A stretch of DNA of 63,827 bases from Eubacteriales bacterium (GCA_045645205.1 JAZRIJ010000029.1:1-63827); one strand, 5' to 3'; counted from the stretch's first letter, positions 10,664 to 21,208 are shown. Notes: generated by a model not told the origin, from the letters alone. Numbers and translations are program-made.

Positions 10664-11701
10664 TTATAAATTCATTTCCGTTCTGCGTAATTGTCCGCAG
10701 GAAGCGTTTATATCACTGCCGAGCTTTCGGCGGATAGTGGCATTTACTCCTTTTTTTTCAAGATTTCCTTGAAACTGCAATACAGACTTGTTGCCGCTTG
10801 TAAAACCTGTACCTTCAACCGAATTCACGGGAATAAGATTAATATGAAACGGTATTCCGGGGAGTTTTGTGTTAAGAAGGTTAGCCAGTGCGTTTGCCTG
10901 AACAGCATTGTCATTTACGCCAGAAATGACCGCATACTCAAAAGATATTCGTCTTCCTGTTTTTTCGAAGAATACCTTGCAGGCTGTGAGCAAAGCATCT
11001 ATATTCCATTTTTTATTTATAGGCATAAGAGCCGAGCGGTCGGTGTCGTTTGAGTGGTGAAGCGATATTGACAAAGTAACCGGTAGGCCTTCCTCAGCCA
11101 AAGAATATATTTTGTCAACCACACCGCAGGTAGAAAGCGATATGTGGCGCAGACCTATGTTTAATCCATCGTCAAGGCTGACGAGATGAAGAAATTTTAT
11201 AACATTGTCATAATTATCAAGCGGTTCTCCGATGCCCATAAGGACAATGTTCGATATTCGAAGCCCAGTATCTTTTTGAGCAACAAGTACTTGGCCGAGC
11301 ATTTCCGATGGGGTAAGATTTCTTGCCCAACCGTTTTGAGTAGAGGCGCAAAACTTGCATCCCATCTTACAGCCGGCTTGACTTGATATACATATTGTAT
11401 TCCCGTGTTTGTATTTCATGACAACACTCTCAATACATTGCCAGTCGTAAAGCTTAAAAAGGTATTTAACCGTACCGTCAATTTTAGATACATATTTTTT
11501 TAAAATTTCGGGCAAAGCAATGTATGTTGCTTCATTCAAGGTATCGCGCATTTTTTTTGGAAGGTTTGTCATTTCATCAAAGTTTGCTCCCTTGTGAAGC
11601 CAACCAAAAAGCTGTTTTACTCTGTATTTAGGCTCGTTTTCAAGAAGTTTTACAAGTTCCTCGGGGAAAAGGCTCAATATATCTGTCTTTTGATTTTTCA
11701 T
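10664..11701 (-). CDS. rlmN: 23S rRNA m2A2503 methyltransferase RlmN (radical SAM)
   Basis: CKMGCKFC, MGIGEP, ASCGQL. Confidence 0.93.
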   Translation of the reverse strand: MKNQKTDILSLFPEELVKLLENEPKYRVKQLFGWLHKGANFDEMTNLPKKMRDTLNEATYIALPEILKKYVSKIDGTVKYLFKLYDWQCIESVVMKYKHGNTICISSQAGCKMGCKFCASTQNGWARNLTPSEMLGQVLVAQKDTGLRISNIVLMGIGEPLDNYDNVIKFLHLVSLDDGLNIGLRHISLSTCGVVDKIYSLAEEGLPVTLSISLHHSNDTDRSALMPINKKWNIDALLTACKVFFEKTGRRISFEYAVISGVNDNAVQANALANLLNTKLPGIPFHINLIPVNSVEGTGFTSGNKSVLQFQGNLEKKGVNATIRRKLGSDINASCGQLRRTEMNL

Positions 11702-12276
11702 AATTCATCAAGTGTTCCCGAAAAAGCGGGAAGAAAGTTTTCTATAAAATAGTCAAGTTCCTCAAAGCTCATCTCTTTAAGCGCTCTTTCGGTTGCCGCT
11801 CTTGCGCTTGAAAAGTCATTGTTGCCTGACTTTTCTTCCTCAATGCATTTTATCAAAGCGCAGATTTTGTCGGCTGATTTAACTAATTTTTTTAAATCCA
11901 TATCTTCGGGGGTAATTTCAAGAAGATTTTTGTATTCGCTCCGAAGCTCGTCGGGTAGTCTGGCGGTAAGCTGTTCCACAGCCTTTTCCTCAAGCTGAGC
12001 ATAACAACGGCGAAGCGTGTCGTTTGCATACTTAACGGGAGTGGGTAGGTCGCCCGTGAATACCTCGGGCATATCGTGATAAAGAGCTAAGGTTGCAACC
12101 CGGTCGGGATTGTAGTTTTTGTTGAAATATGTGTTTCCGATAACAGCAAGGGCGTGTGCAATGCACGATACCTCAGCTGCATGCGTGGACAAATTTTCGT
12201 TTGTAACGTTGCGCATAAGCCCCCATCGGTTTATATACTTTTGTCTGAAAAATACCGCAAAAAAGCTGTTTTTCAC
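11698..12276 (-). CDS. yfbR: HD-domain 5'-deoxynucleotidase (YfbR-like)
   Basis: INRWGLMRN, LYHD, GDLPTPVK, SADK. Confidence 0.85.
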   Translation of the reverse strand: MKNSFFAVFFRQKYINRWGLMRNVTNENLSTHAAEVSCIAHALAVIGNTYFNKNYNPDRVATLALYHDMPEVFTGDLPTPVKYANDTLRRCYAQLEEKAVEQLTARLPDELRSEYKNLLEITPEDMDLKKLVKSADKICALIKCIEEEKSGNNDFSSARAATERALKEMSFEELDYFIENFLPAFSGTLDEL

Positions 12277-12534
12277 CCTTGTTTCACTCCTTTTTACACG
12301 AAATTATAATAATTCATATTATTATAGCACTTTACACCAAAAGTGTCAAGGTTATAATTTGATGGAAGTGTTATGCATTTCTTAATTTTTAATAAATATA
12401 TCCGTGTTATATTTTTTGGGAAAATACTTTGTAGCTTCCTAAATGTTTTTTGTTCTATTTTTGCGTAACTCCAAATACAATGATACAAAATAAGATTTGC
12501 GTAAAAAAAGAAGAATGAAAGGCAGGAACAGATA

Positions 12535-13485
12535 ATGGAAAACTGTGTATATTACCCCGAGGGATTAAAGCTTGAAACCACTGAGAATAAGGAGTATATT
12601 TCAAGTCTTGCGGGACTTGAAAGAGCCAAGCAGGAAGGCGCGGTTCTTGAAGGAATGGCAGTACTCTGCAATAATTCCCTGTCTCTTCATGTAGAGCTGG
12701 GTAATGGAATTCGAGGAGTTATTCCCAAAGAAGAGGTTATATGGGAATGCAGCGGAAGCGGTGTTAAGGATATTGCCGTTATAACAAGGGTGGGCAAGGC
12801 TGTTTGCTTTAAGGTAAAAGAAATAAGATATAATGAAAGCGGCAGTCCTATTTGTATACTGTCAAGACGGGAGGCGCAAAGGGAGTGCTATGAATGTTAT
12901 TTGTCCCATCTGTCTCCGGGAGATATTATTCCCTCAAAGGTAACGCACCTTGAGCATTTCGGTGCATTTGTAGATATTGGCTGCGGGATAGTGTCGCTGT
13001 TGTCTATAGACTGCATATCGGTTTCAAGGATAGCTCATCCGTCTGATAGGTTTACGGTGGGACAGCACATAAAGACGGTTATAAAGAGCATTGATTTTGA
13101 GACGGGCAGAATATATGTTACCCACAAGGAACTACTTGGAACATGGCTTGAAAACGCAGAGCTTTTTTCGGTGGGACAGACTGTTGCGGGTATAGTAAGA
13201 AGTATAGAGGACTACGGTATTTTTGTTGAACTGACGCCCAACCTTGCAGGGCTTGCGGAATATAGAGAGGGGATAACAGTAGGTCAGACGGCTGCTGTGT
13301 ACATAAAAAATATTATTCCCGAAAGAATGAAGATAAAGCTTGTTCTTATTGATAGTTACAAGGGCGAAAAAAAGGCCGATGTAAACCTTTATGTGCCCCG
13401 TAATAATGATATAAAGCATATTTCTTCGTGGAAATACTCGCCCGATGGCTGTAAGAAGCAAATAGAAACATTTTTTTCTTCCTAA
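12535..13485 (+). CDS. Multi-S1 RNA-binding domain protein
   Basis: Repeated S1 signatures (FGAFVDIG, YGIFVEL). Confidence 0.8.
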   Translation: MENCVYYPEGLKLETTENKEYISSLAGLERAKQEGAVLEGMAVLCNNSLSLHVELGNGIRGVIPKEEVIWECSGSGVKDIAVITRVGKAVCFKVKEIRYNESGSPICILSRREAQRECYECYLSHLSPGDIIPSKVTHLEHFGAFVDIGCGIVSLLSIDCISVSRIAHPSDRFTVGQHIKTVIKSIDFETGRIYVTHKELLGTWLENAELFSVGQTVAGIVRSIEDYGIFVELTPNLAGLAEYREGITVGQTAAVYIKNIIPERMKIKLVLIDSYKGEKKADVNLYVPRNNDIKHISSWKYSPDGCKKQIETFFSS

Positions 13486-13606
13486 AATTATAAATAAATC
13501 TTTAATTTTGATGAAGAATGTAAAAAAATAAAAATAACCTATTGATATTATTTGATATTCGGTGTAAAATATATATAATATATCTTGCAAGGAGTTGAAA
13601 TACAAG

Positions 13607-13864
13607 ATGTTTGATGAGAAAGATAAGACACTAACATTTTCGCTGAATGAGGACAAGGGCGACAATACAAAGAAAATACTTCTTACGGTTTATGCCGCGC
13701 TTATTGAAAAAGGATATGATCCTATTAATCAAATAGTCGGCTATATTCTTTCCGAAGATCCGACATATATAACCAACCACAAGAATGCAAGAAGTCTTAT
13801 CCGCAAGATAGACCGCGACGAGCTTTTGAATATGCTTGTGAAGAATTTTCTCGGAGTCAGATAA
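13607..13864 (+). CDS. IreB/ReoM family phosphoprotein (UPF0297)
   Basis: [22 protein letters not shown]; start moved to the ATG after a GGAG RBS. Confidence 0.9.
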   Translation: MFDEKDKTLTFSLNEDKGDNTKKILLTVYAALIEKGYDPINQIVGYILSEDPTYITNHKNARSLIRKIDRDELLNMLVKNFLGVR

Positions 13865-13984
13865 TTTCAAAAAAATGAGTTTTTTGTCATGCAAATTTTA
13901 AGCTCTGTTCCTTTCAGACCAACGCGAAGCGTTTCTCTCATTGGAACAGAGTTATTGGTTTTATGACATAAATGGTGAAGGAAA

Positions 13985-14938
13985 TTGAAAATAATAGATT
14001 TAAAAAAAAGCATAGAAACTGACCGAATAAAGGAACCTCTTTGTTTGATTTTGGGTAACTTTGATGGAGTACACCGAGGACATATGAGTTTGATTTCGGC
14101 AGTGCTTGAAGAGGGAAGACGGTTAGGGTTTAAAACAGGAGCTTGGACATTTGGTGAGCATCCGCAGAATGTTTTGTCAAAAAAAAAGGTTGCCTATCTG
14201 ACAACAGTTGAAGAGAAAAACAAGATATTTGCAAAAAGCGGACTTGACTACGTAATATATGAGGATTTTTTAAGTGTCAGGGACTACAGCCCCGAGGAGT
14301 TTGCGGACAAGATACTTATAAACGATTTTGACTGCCGTTGCGTTGTGTGCGGATTTAATTTTAGGTTTGGAAAAAATTGTATTGGGACTCCTTTGTTGTT
14401 GCGTGAGTATATGAACAAACACGGCAGAAATATAGTTATAGTTGACCCTGTTTGCAGATTGGATAAAATAGTAAGCTCGTCGGCAATACGTTTATTTATT
14501 GAAAACGGTAATATGGAAGAAGCCTGTGAAATGCTTGGAAGACCGTATTCTATTGATGCTCCTGTTTTACACGGAAAAAGGCTGGGCAGAACTTTGGGAC
14601 TGCCTACTATAAATCAGGCTTTTCCCGATGATATGATAATGCCTCAAAAAGGGATATATGCCTGTACATGTGATATTGACGGTGAAATATACCTGGGAGT
14701 TGCCAATGTAGGCAGCCGCCCGACAGTGAATGATGATATACAGGATGTTAACTGTGAGACACATATTCTTAACTATGACGGTGTACTTTACGATAAGAAT
14801 ATAAAGGTAAGCTTTTACAAAAAGCTGCGAGATGAAAAAAAGTTTTTCAATGTGGACAGTTTAAAGGCGGCTATTGAAGATGATATATGCAATACTGTTG
14901 AATATTTTTCAAAAAATAAAGGAATTATAAAAAAGTGA
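13985..14938 (+). CDS. ribF: Bifunctional riboflavin kinase/FAD synthetase
   Basis: GNFDGVHRGH, VSSSAIR, GRTLGLPTIN, GSRPT, ETHI. Confidence 0.93.
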   Translation: MKIIDLKKSIETDRIKEPLCLILGNFDGVHRGHMSLISAVLEEGRRLGFKTGAWTFGEHPQNVLSKKKVAYLTTVEEKNKIFAKSGLDYVIYEDFLSVRDYSPEEFADKILINDFDCRCVVCGFNFRFGKNCIGTPLLLREYMNKHGRNIVIVDPVCRLDKIVSSSAIRLFIENGNMEEACEMLGRPYSIDAPVLHGKRLGRTLGLPTINQAFPDDMIMPQKGIYACTCDIDGEIYLGVANVGSRPTVNDDIQDVNCETHILNYDGVLYDKNIKVSFYKKLRDEKKFFNVDSLKAAIEDDICNTVEYFSKNKGIIKK

Positions 14939-16248
14939 AAAAAATAATATTATTTTTGAATTTTACAATTTTAATATTTTTATTTTGCGCAATATCAATA
15001 GGCGCTGAAGAAGGATTACCGGATCTTTCTATGGTGCAAAATATTTACATATACAATTTGGAAAATGATCAAGTTCTTTACTCAAAAAACGAGGCCGATA
15101 AGGTATATCCTGCTTCAACCGCCAAAATAATGACGGGTATGCTTGCCGTTGATTTTTACAGGGGAAGATATTCAGAGCAGATAACGGTTACCAAGGAGGC
15201 TTTGGGAAGCTATAAGGGTAAAAATATTCAGCTTAAGGCAGGAGAGGTGGTAACCGTAGAAGACCTGCTTTATGCAACCATTGTAGGCGGTGCGAATGAT
15301 GCTGCAAACGTACTTGCATACGAGATATCGGGAGGACATGACATTTTTATAGATATGATGAATTACAAGGCAAGCGAAATAGGTATGAAAAATACCCATT
15401 ATACTAATGCCTACGGCTATTCGGACCCCGATATGTATACCACTGCTGAGGATACTCTGTACCTTGCAAAATATGCATATCTTGTGCAGGGGTATATGGA
15501 TATATGCTCTGTATCACGTTATGTTTTGCCTGAAACAAACACATCTAAGATACGTTATATTTATAATAGCAACTATCTTATTTCTACAAATATTGAAACA
15601 AAGTACCGAAACAAAGAGGCACAGGGTATAAATGCAGGTTCGACTGTTGAGGGAGGAGATGTTGTGGTAACCTCTGTGTCAAGAAATGGTATGACGAATT
15701 TTTATGTGCTTATTGGAGGCGCGAGTGACGAGGAAAACATTTATGTCTACAAAGCTGTGAATGAGCTTATAGATTGGTCGTATGATAATTTTGAATACAA
15801 GAAGGTAGTAGACTCCAGCGAAATGATATGCGAGGTAGACGTTAAGCTTTCAAGCCAAGTCGATTATGTGGTGCTTACTCCTGAGAAGTCTGTTCAATAT
15901 TTTTTGCCCGTTTCAGTTGATGTTTCAAAGGAAGTAACGAGAAATATAGAGCTTGCGGAAAATGTGCTTGAAGCACCGATTGAAGCAGGATATGTGGCAG
16001 GGACTCTTACTCTTAGCTATAGGGGTGAGGAAATAGCAAAAATCAACCTTATTACCAAGAACAATGTTGATCGTAACAGCTTTCTTTATGTGCTTGCAAG
16101 AATACAGAACTTTACTAGATCTCCCAAATTTAAAATAATGATTTTGTGTATAGCTGTTGTTGTTTTAATGTACATAATAAGCTTTATTTACAGAAAAACC
16201 AGAAGCAACAGATACAGATATAAATATAACAAATACAGAAGAAAATAA
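14935..16248 (+). CDS. D-alanyl-D-alanine carboxypeptidase (peptidase S11) with degenerate motifs
   Basis: Signal peptide, PASTAK (SxxK), GAN in place of SxN, NAG in place of KTG, C-terminal TM. Confidence 0.8.
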   Translation: MKKIILFLNFTILIFLFCAISIGAEEGLPDLSMVQNIYIYNLENDQVLYSKNEADKVYPASTAKIMTGMLAVDFYRGRYSEQITVTKEALGSYKGKNIQLKAGEVVTVEDLLYATIVGGANDAANVLAYEISGGHDIFIDMMNYKASEIGMKNTHYTNAYGYSDPDMYTTAEDTLYLAKYAYLVQGYMDICSVSRYVLPETNTSKIRYIYNSNYLISTNIETKYRNKEAQGINAGSTVEGGDVVVTSVSRNGMTNFYVLIGGASDEENIYVYKAVNELIDWSYDNFEYKKVVDSSEMICEVDVKLSSQVDYVVLTPEKSVQYFLPVSVDVSKEVTRNIELAENVLEAPIEAGYVAGTLTLSYRGEEIAKINLITKNNVDRNSFLYVLARIQNFTRSPKFKIMILCIAVVVLMYIISFIYRKTRSNRYRYKYNKYRRK

Positions 16249-16354
16249 ACAAAAAGGACTTTGCTCAAAATTATCACGTTGAGTAAGTCCTTGTTCTTTT
16301 CTTTATTTAATTATGTAAAACGAAGCGTAATTTATCTGTATAATAAAATATTAA

Positions 16355-17179
16355 TTATACAGACAGTGCCGCGCCGATAACCGTACTGAACTGTGCATTT
16401 TCGGGAATTATAAAGTTTACTCCAAACAATGAGTTGAGAGTTTGAAAAATTTCTTTGCTTTGTGGCACACGGGTCAGGTTTCCTGTTAGTACAATGTTCT
16501 TTATATTATGGTTGCGCGCGGCAAAAACAGCAAGCATGCCTGCAACCTCAAATACCATATTTATTATACCAATGGCAATATCCTCTCTTGTCGCTATATC
16601 GCTTATCTTTCCGAAGTTTGCGGCAGTCATTATATCGGGCAGACCGCCAAAGTCTGCCTTGTTTGATATATCTTTAATGCGAAGATCAATATTATTAAGG
16701 TTACCGTTTTTAGCAAGCTCAACTATATGGTCAATGTCATCCATTTGGAGAAGCTGTTTACTGAGTCCCATAAGTGTACCGCCGCCGACACCTGTGCCTC
16801 CTAAATATTTTATTTCATTGTTTTCCTTTGCGTGAACAAGAGCTGTACCCGTTCCCAAACTTACAACTATGGTTTCTTTAAGCTTTGAAAGATACAGACC
16901 TCCGCGCCCCACACATTCAAATTCGGGAACACTTTCACATTTTAAGCCGTAAAGCGGTTTGGTTATAAAAGTCGAGCCAACCCCCGTCATCATAACTCGG
17001 GTAATCTCGTTTAATTCGATGGAATTTTCGGATGTAAATTTCCCGAATGCCCCGTATATTGATGTAACCTGGTCTGTGGCTCTGACAAAAAGTGGGGTTA
17101 TAAGCTTATTATTTTCATCAAAACCAACAATTTTTGTTGTACTTCCGCCCACATCAATACCGATTACATATTTTGACAT
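16355..17179 (-). CDS. coaW: Type II pantothenate kinase
   Basis: GIDVGGSTTK, MTGVG, LGTG, GGTGVGGGTLMGL, ANFGK; start set at the ATG at 17179. Confidence 0.78.
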   Translation of the reverse strand: MSKYVIGIDVGGSTTKIVGFDENNKLITPLFVRATDQVTSIYGAFGKFTSENSIELNEITRVMMTGVGSTFITKPLYGLKCESVPEFECVGRGGLYLSKLKETIVVSLGTGTALVHAKENNEIKYLGGTGVGGGTLMGLSKQLLQMDDIDHIVELAKNGNLNNIDLRIKDISNKADFGGLPDIMTAANFGKISDIATREDIAIGIINMVFEVAGMLAVFAARNHNIKNIVLTGNLTRVPQSKEIFQTLNSLFGVNFIIPENAQFSTVIGAALSV

Positions 17180-17378
17180 AATAAAACCGCCTTTTTTGTA
17201 GTGTTTATAATAACATAATAACATTATATTATTAAAAATTCAAGTAATTAAGTCAAATATCCCTTAACCAAGTCAAATTTTTTTAAAAAATATAGAAAAA
17301 ACAAAAATATTGGTTGCAAACTGATGGATTTTATGTTAATATTAAAGGTGTAAATAAAATTTACGAAACGAGGTCGGT

Positions 17379-18086
17379 TTGATGAGCGACAGGAAAATAA
17401 AATTCAGAATTTCCATGAGAGGCTATAACAAGGAAGATGTAAATAGTTATATTGAGTCATTAAACATAAAATGTTTTGAAGCGGAAGTGGAGAGCAAAAA
17501 GAAAATTGCTGAATTAGAGAATAAGGTAACAGAGCTTGAACAAGCTGCTAAATCAAACAGTGATGCCGAATTGGAAGAGCTTCGGGCAAAGTATACAGAA
17601 CTCGATAACCTTGTTGTCGGAATGAATGATACTATAGATAAGCTTAACGAAGAAAAGAATGCATTGGAAAAAGAGAATGCAGACCTTGCCACAAAGGTTG
17701 CCGATTATGAAAGGATGAATGAAGCAAGTTCGGAAATATACGAAAAGTCAAGCAAGTATGACAAGGTAAGCGAGCAAATCGGTTCTATGATAGTAAGTGC
17801 AAGCGCCAGGGCAGAAAGTATTGTAAGCGAGGCAGAGCTTAAGGCAAGGGTTGCTTCAAAGAATATGATAGATACTACTTTGGAAAAGCTTAACGAAATA
17901 AACGAGAAGTATACCGGTAAGATAGCTTCAAAGACCATACAGCTTACAGATGCGTTGCGTGAGCTATCGCTGTCTGCCGAAAGTTTTCGTACAGATACAA
18001 ATACTTCAATTGAAGAAGATTGCATAAAATTAAAAGAATCTCTCGAATACACAAAGAGAGTTATTTTGGAGGATAACAATGAGTAA
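17379..18086 (+). CDS. DivIVA/GpsB-domain coiled-coil protein
   Basis: FRISMRGYNKEDVNSY N-terminal motif followed by a long coiled coil. Confidence 0.75.
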   Translation: MMSDRKIKFRISMRGYNKEDVNSYIESLNIKCFEAEVESKKKIAELENKVTELEQAAKSNSDAELEELRAKYTELDNLVVGMNDTIDKLNEEKNALEKENADLATKVADYERMNEASSEIYEKSSKYDKVSEQIGSMIVSASARAESIVSEAELKARVASKNMIDTTLEKLNEINEKYTGKIASKTIQLTDALRELSLSAESFRTDTNTSIEEDCIKLKESLEYTKRVILEDNNE

Positions 18087-18609
18087 ATCTTATAACACAG
18101 CAAACATATCGGAATGGGCTGACAAGATTGTATGCGGAGAAGAAATTTTACTTTCGGGTGTTGTATATACTGCGCGTGATGCGGCGCACAAAAGAATCAA
18201 GGCGCTTATAGACGAGGGGAAGCCTTTGCCTTTTGAATTGAAGGATGCGACTGTTTATTATGCAGGACCTACTCCCGAAAAACCGGGTATGCCTATCGGT
18301 TCGTGCGGTCCTACAACATCTACACGTATGGACGTTTTTGTTCCTCAGTTTATGGATCTGGGACTGAAATGTATGATTGGTAAGGGAAATAGAAGTCAGG
18401 ATGTTATTGATGCAATTGTAAGAAATAAGGGGGTGTATCTTTGTGCTATAGGAGGCGCTGGCGCACTTGCTGCAAGATGTGTAAAGAAGCTTGATGTTAT
18501 TGCTTTTGAGGACTTGGGATGTGAATCGGTCAAAAGACTTGAAGTGGTTGATTTTCCACTTTATGTATGTATTGACTCGCAGGGAAAATCTCTTTTCGGA
18601 GACAAATAA
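18079..18609 (+). CDS. Fe-S hydro-lyase (fumarate hydratase) beta subunit
   Basis: TARDAAH, GPTTSTRM, MIGKG, GGAG. Confidence 0.88.
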   Translation: MSKSYNTANISEWADKIVCGEEILLSGVVYTARDAAHKRIKALIDEGKPLPFELKDATVYYAGPTPEKPGMPIGSCGPTTSTRMDVFVPQFMDLGLKCMIGKGNRSQDVIDAIVRNKGVYLCAIGGAGALAARCVKKLDVIAFEDLGCESVKRLEVVDFPLYVCIDSQGKSLFGDK

Positions 18610-18612
18610 TTT

Positions 18613-19416
18613 ATGAAGCTTGGTGAAAAAATACGTTTGGCAAGATTGAATGCGGGAATGACACAGGCAGAGCTTGCGGGCGATTTTATAACACGAAATA
18701 TGTTGAGCCAGATAGAAAATGGGCTTGCAATGCCGTCTCTTCAGACGGCTTTGTATATTGCAGACAAGTTAGGTATAGATATTGGTCTGCTTTTTTCAGA
18801 AAGAGACAATAAAAGTGTTTATTTTTTGACAAGAAAATTGCCTGAACTGAAAAAAAAATTTAGGAATTACGAATATGACAAGTGTATAGATCTTTGCTCT
18901 GATGAAGCAGAGGGCTGTGATGAGACATATATCATTTTAGCTGAGTGTTATATAAAAAAAGCATATGATGCATTTGACAAGGGCGAGCTTCGCCATGCAT
19001 TAAAAAACGGAGAAAATGCTGTAAAATATGCTTCTAAAACTATATATTCTTCAGATAGCATAAAAATTAAGAATGAAATGCTTGAGGTTATGATATCATC
19101 AATAACTCCATATCTTAAGCAGACTAAGCATAAGTCAGAAGAACGGAAATATCTTATTGACCGTTTTATTGAAACATCTGACAGGCGCACTGCTGTTTTG
19201 AAAAAGAACGAAGTGCACAGCCTTATGGAAAGCGGCAGATATGCGGAAGCCTTGGAAATAGGCAGAAGGCTGTTACGGGAAAAGGATTTGGGTGTTCCCT
19301 TTGAATATACCATTTACTGTGACTTGGAAATATGTTGCCGTGAGCTTAAGGATTATGAAAATGCGTATAAGTATTCGCAGATTTCAAAGAAAATGTTTGA
19401 AGAAATGCAGCAATAA
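18613..19416 (+). CDS. XRE helix-turn-helix plus TPR-like regulator
   Basis: MTQAELAG...LSQIENG HTH followed by helical repeats. Confidence 0.75.
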   Translation: MKLGEKIRLARLNAGMTQAELAGDFITRNMLSQIENGLAMPSLQTALYIADKLGIDIGLLFSERDNKSVYFLTRKLPELKKKFRNYEYDKCIDLCSDEAEGCDETYIILAECYIKKAYDAFDKGELRHALKNGENAVKYASKTIYSSDSIKIKNEMLEVMISSITPYLKQTKHKSEERKYLIDRFIETSDRRTAVLKKNEVHSLMESGRYAEALEIGRRLLREKDLGVPFEYTIYCDLEICCRELKDYENAYKYSQISKKMFEEMQQ

Positions 19417-19585
19417 ACTGTATCAAAAAAACTGTTACAGTCAGCGGACAAACTATTTGAGCAATGAAAAGCTTGAAGCGTGGATGATGCCTTCAGATTC
19501 TGCTTAAACAGCAGCATCATAAATTTTGTAATATTTTAAAAACTTTCCGAAAAAAGTTTAGGCTTATTTTCGGAAAGTTTTTAGT

Positions 19586-19954
19586 TTATATAATGTTGTC
19601 AAGCCTTAGTCTTTGCACATCACGGATATATTCGAGAATGTTTACCATGGATTTTTTTGCGGCGAGATATGTGCCGGGGTCGTCGGCGGTGCAGCCTGCC
19701 TTGGCAGCGCTTATTTCTTTTGAGAAGTTGTAGACGAAATCGAACTTGATTATTGCGGAATATATTTCTTTGTGTTTGTTCCACTCTTTTTCGATTTTGT
19801 TTATTTCATCGAGGGTATGCTCGTCGGGATTATCGGGCAGAGCGTTTGTTTGTTTTATAAGGTCTGAGAGGGAGCTGTTTGTGGAAAAACCGACGGTGAT
19901 CACAAAGGCTAAGACGGATATAAGCAGAATAATGGGCAGAATAATTGATTTCAT
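19586..19954 (-). CDS. DUF4363-like membrane-anchored protein
   Basis: N-terminal TM; usual partner of DUF421. Confidence 0.6.
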   Translation of the reverse strand: MKSIILPIILLISVLAFVITVGFSTNSSLSDLIKQTNALPDNPDEHTLDEINKIEKEWNKHKEIYSAIIKFDFVYNFSKEISAAKAGCTADDPGTYLAAKKSMVNILEYIRDVQRLRLDNII

Positions 19955-20628
19955 GAAATATCTCCGTTTTTGATTAGATTTATTTTTCCCGTGTCGTCAA
20001 CTGTTAGCAGAAAAATGTCCCGAAGACTGCATTTTTGTTTTTTTAATTGGGAATAAAGCCATTTTCGGTTATGACCTATAATTTTAAGGTTGAAGTCGCT
20101 GATCTGACCGTCGGCAACAATGGTATGTGTTATGCCTTTTTCTGCGGTTTTGATGTTAAGGTCGCCGAGGGTTGCATTTCGGGCATGCATTTTCGGAATA
20201 ACGGATATTTGTCCGTTTTCTTCAAGAATAGCGTATTCGACATCGGAAATGTCGGATATGTCTTTTATGCGGAGCTGGGCAAGCAGCTCGTCAAGGCTTA
20301 TCCGTACCTTTTCCATTTCGGATTTGCATATTTTTCCTTTGTTGATGATTATACTTGGACTTCCGCCTATGATCTTTTTCATCTTGCGGTTTTTGATTGC
20401 AACAAAGGAAACTATGACTTCGAGGGAGAGAAGTACAATGATGGGTAGCAACGAAAAAGTCAGCGGTATTGTGTTGTCGGCGATAGGGATGGATGCTAAC
20501 TCGGACAAAAGCATTGTTATGACAAATTCGGACAGCTCAAGCTCGCCAAGCTGTCTTTTTCCCATAAGGCGCATTGCTCCGATAAGCAGAATATATGTTA
20601 TGATCGTTCTGAATAATAGTGTATACAT
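19951..20628 (-). CDS. DUF421 (YetF/YrbG) membrane protein
   Basis: MRLMGKRQLGEL, ILEENGQISVIPK. Confidence 0.88.
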   Translation of the reverse strand: MYTLLFRTIITYILLIGAMRLMGKRQLGELELSEFVITMLLSELASIPIADNTIPLTFSLLPIIVLLSLEVIVSFVAIKNRKMKKIIGGSPSIIINKGKICKSEMEKVRISLDELLAQLRIKDISDISDVEYAILEENGQISVIPKMHARNATLGDLNIKTAEKGITHTIVADGQISDFNLKIIGHNRKWLYSQLKKQKCSLRDIFLLTVDDTGKINLIKNGDIS

Positions 20629-20704
20629 ATACCAACCTCATATGTTTTTTGTTATTATTCCATAAATATAAGGAATTTAAACCTACAAAAATTACAAAAA
20701 AGTA

Positions 20705-20733
20705 TTGACAAACATATTTTTGTGTGATATTAT
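20705..20733 (+). promoter_or_regulatory. sigma-A promoter of tRNA-Lys
   Basis: TTGACA-N17-TATTAT with an extended TG. Confidence 0.75.
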
Positions 20734-20769
20734 ATTAAAGCTTGATTTAGAGAGCATAATATTTGTGTT

Positions 20770-20845
20770 GCCCCATTAGCTCAGATGGTAGAGCACTTGA
20801 CTTTTAATCAAGGTGTCCGGAGTTCGACTCTCCGATGGAGCACCA
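20770..20845 (+). tRNA. tRNA-Lys(TTT)
   Basis: 76-nt cloverleaf, CTTGA-CTTTTAA-TCAAG anticodon arm, TTCGA T-loop, encoded CCA; C3-A70 mismatch. Confidence 0.95.
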
Positions 20846-20846
20846 G

Positions 20847-20891
20847 GAAACTTCCCAAAAAATAGCGGATATAAGCTTTTTGGGAAGTTTT
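20847..20891 (+). terminator. Hairpin after tRNA-Lys
   Basis: AAACTTCCCAAAAA/TTTTTGGGAAGTTT inverted repeat followed by T-rich sequence. Confidence 0.65.
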
Positions 20892-21025
20892 CTTTTTGTT
20901 GTTATGTTGAGTGTTGTGTATTTCTTTAGTTTACATACCATTATATTACAAAATCGGCTGAGGTAGCATCCTCTGCCGATTTTTAAATATTCTTATGAAA
21001 AACAACGTAATATACGTTATTTTAA

Positions 21026-21208
21026 TTATTTTACCACTTCAACCATATCAATTTTTTTCTCTAAACATTCTTCAATATATGCCACATACTCTTCATATAA
21101 TAACCCATCGTAACATATTTCCATATGGCCATCGGGTTCTATGCCAAAAAGTTCATAATATTGATCATATAACCTTTGGAGTTTTTCGTCAATGTTGCCT
21201 TCCCACAT
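21026..21208 (-). CDS. Small acidic protein, candidate toxin immunity protein
   Basis: GAGGT RBS, 60 aa, acidic; lies downstream of the toxin-like remnant. Confidence 0.55.
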   Translation of the reverse strand: MWEGNIDEKLQRLYDQYYELFGIEPDGHMEICYDGLLYEEYVAYIEECLEKKIDMVEVVK

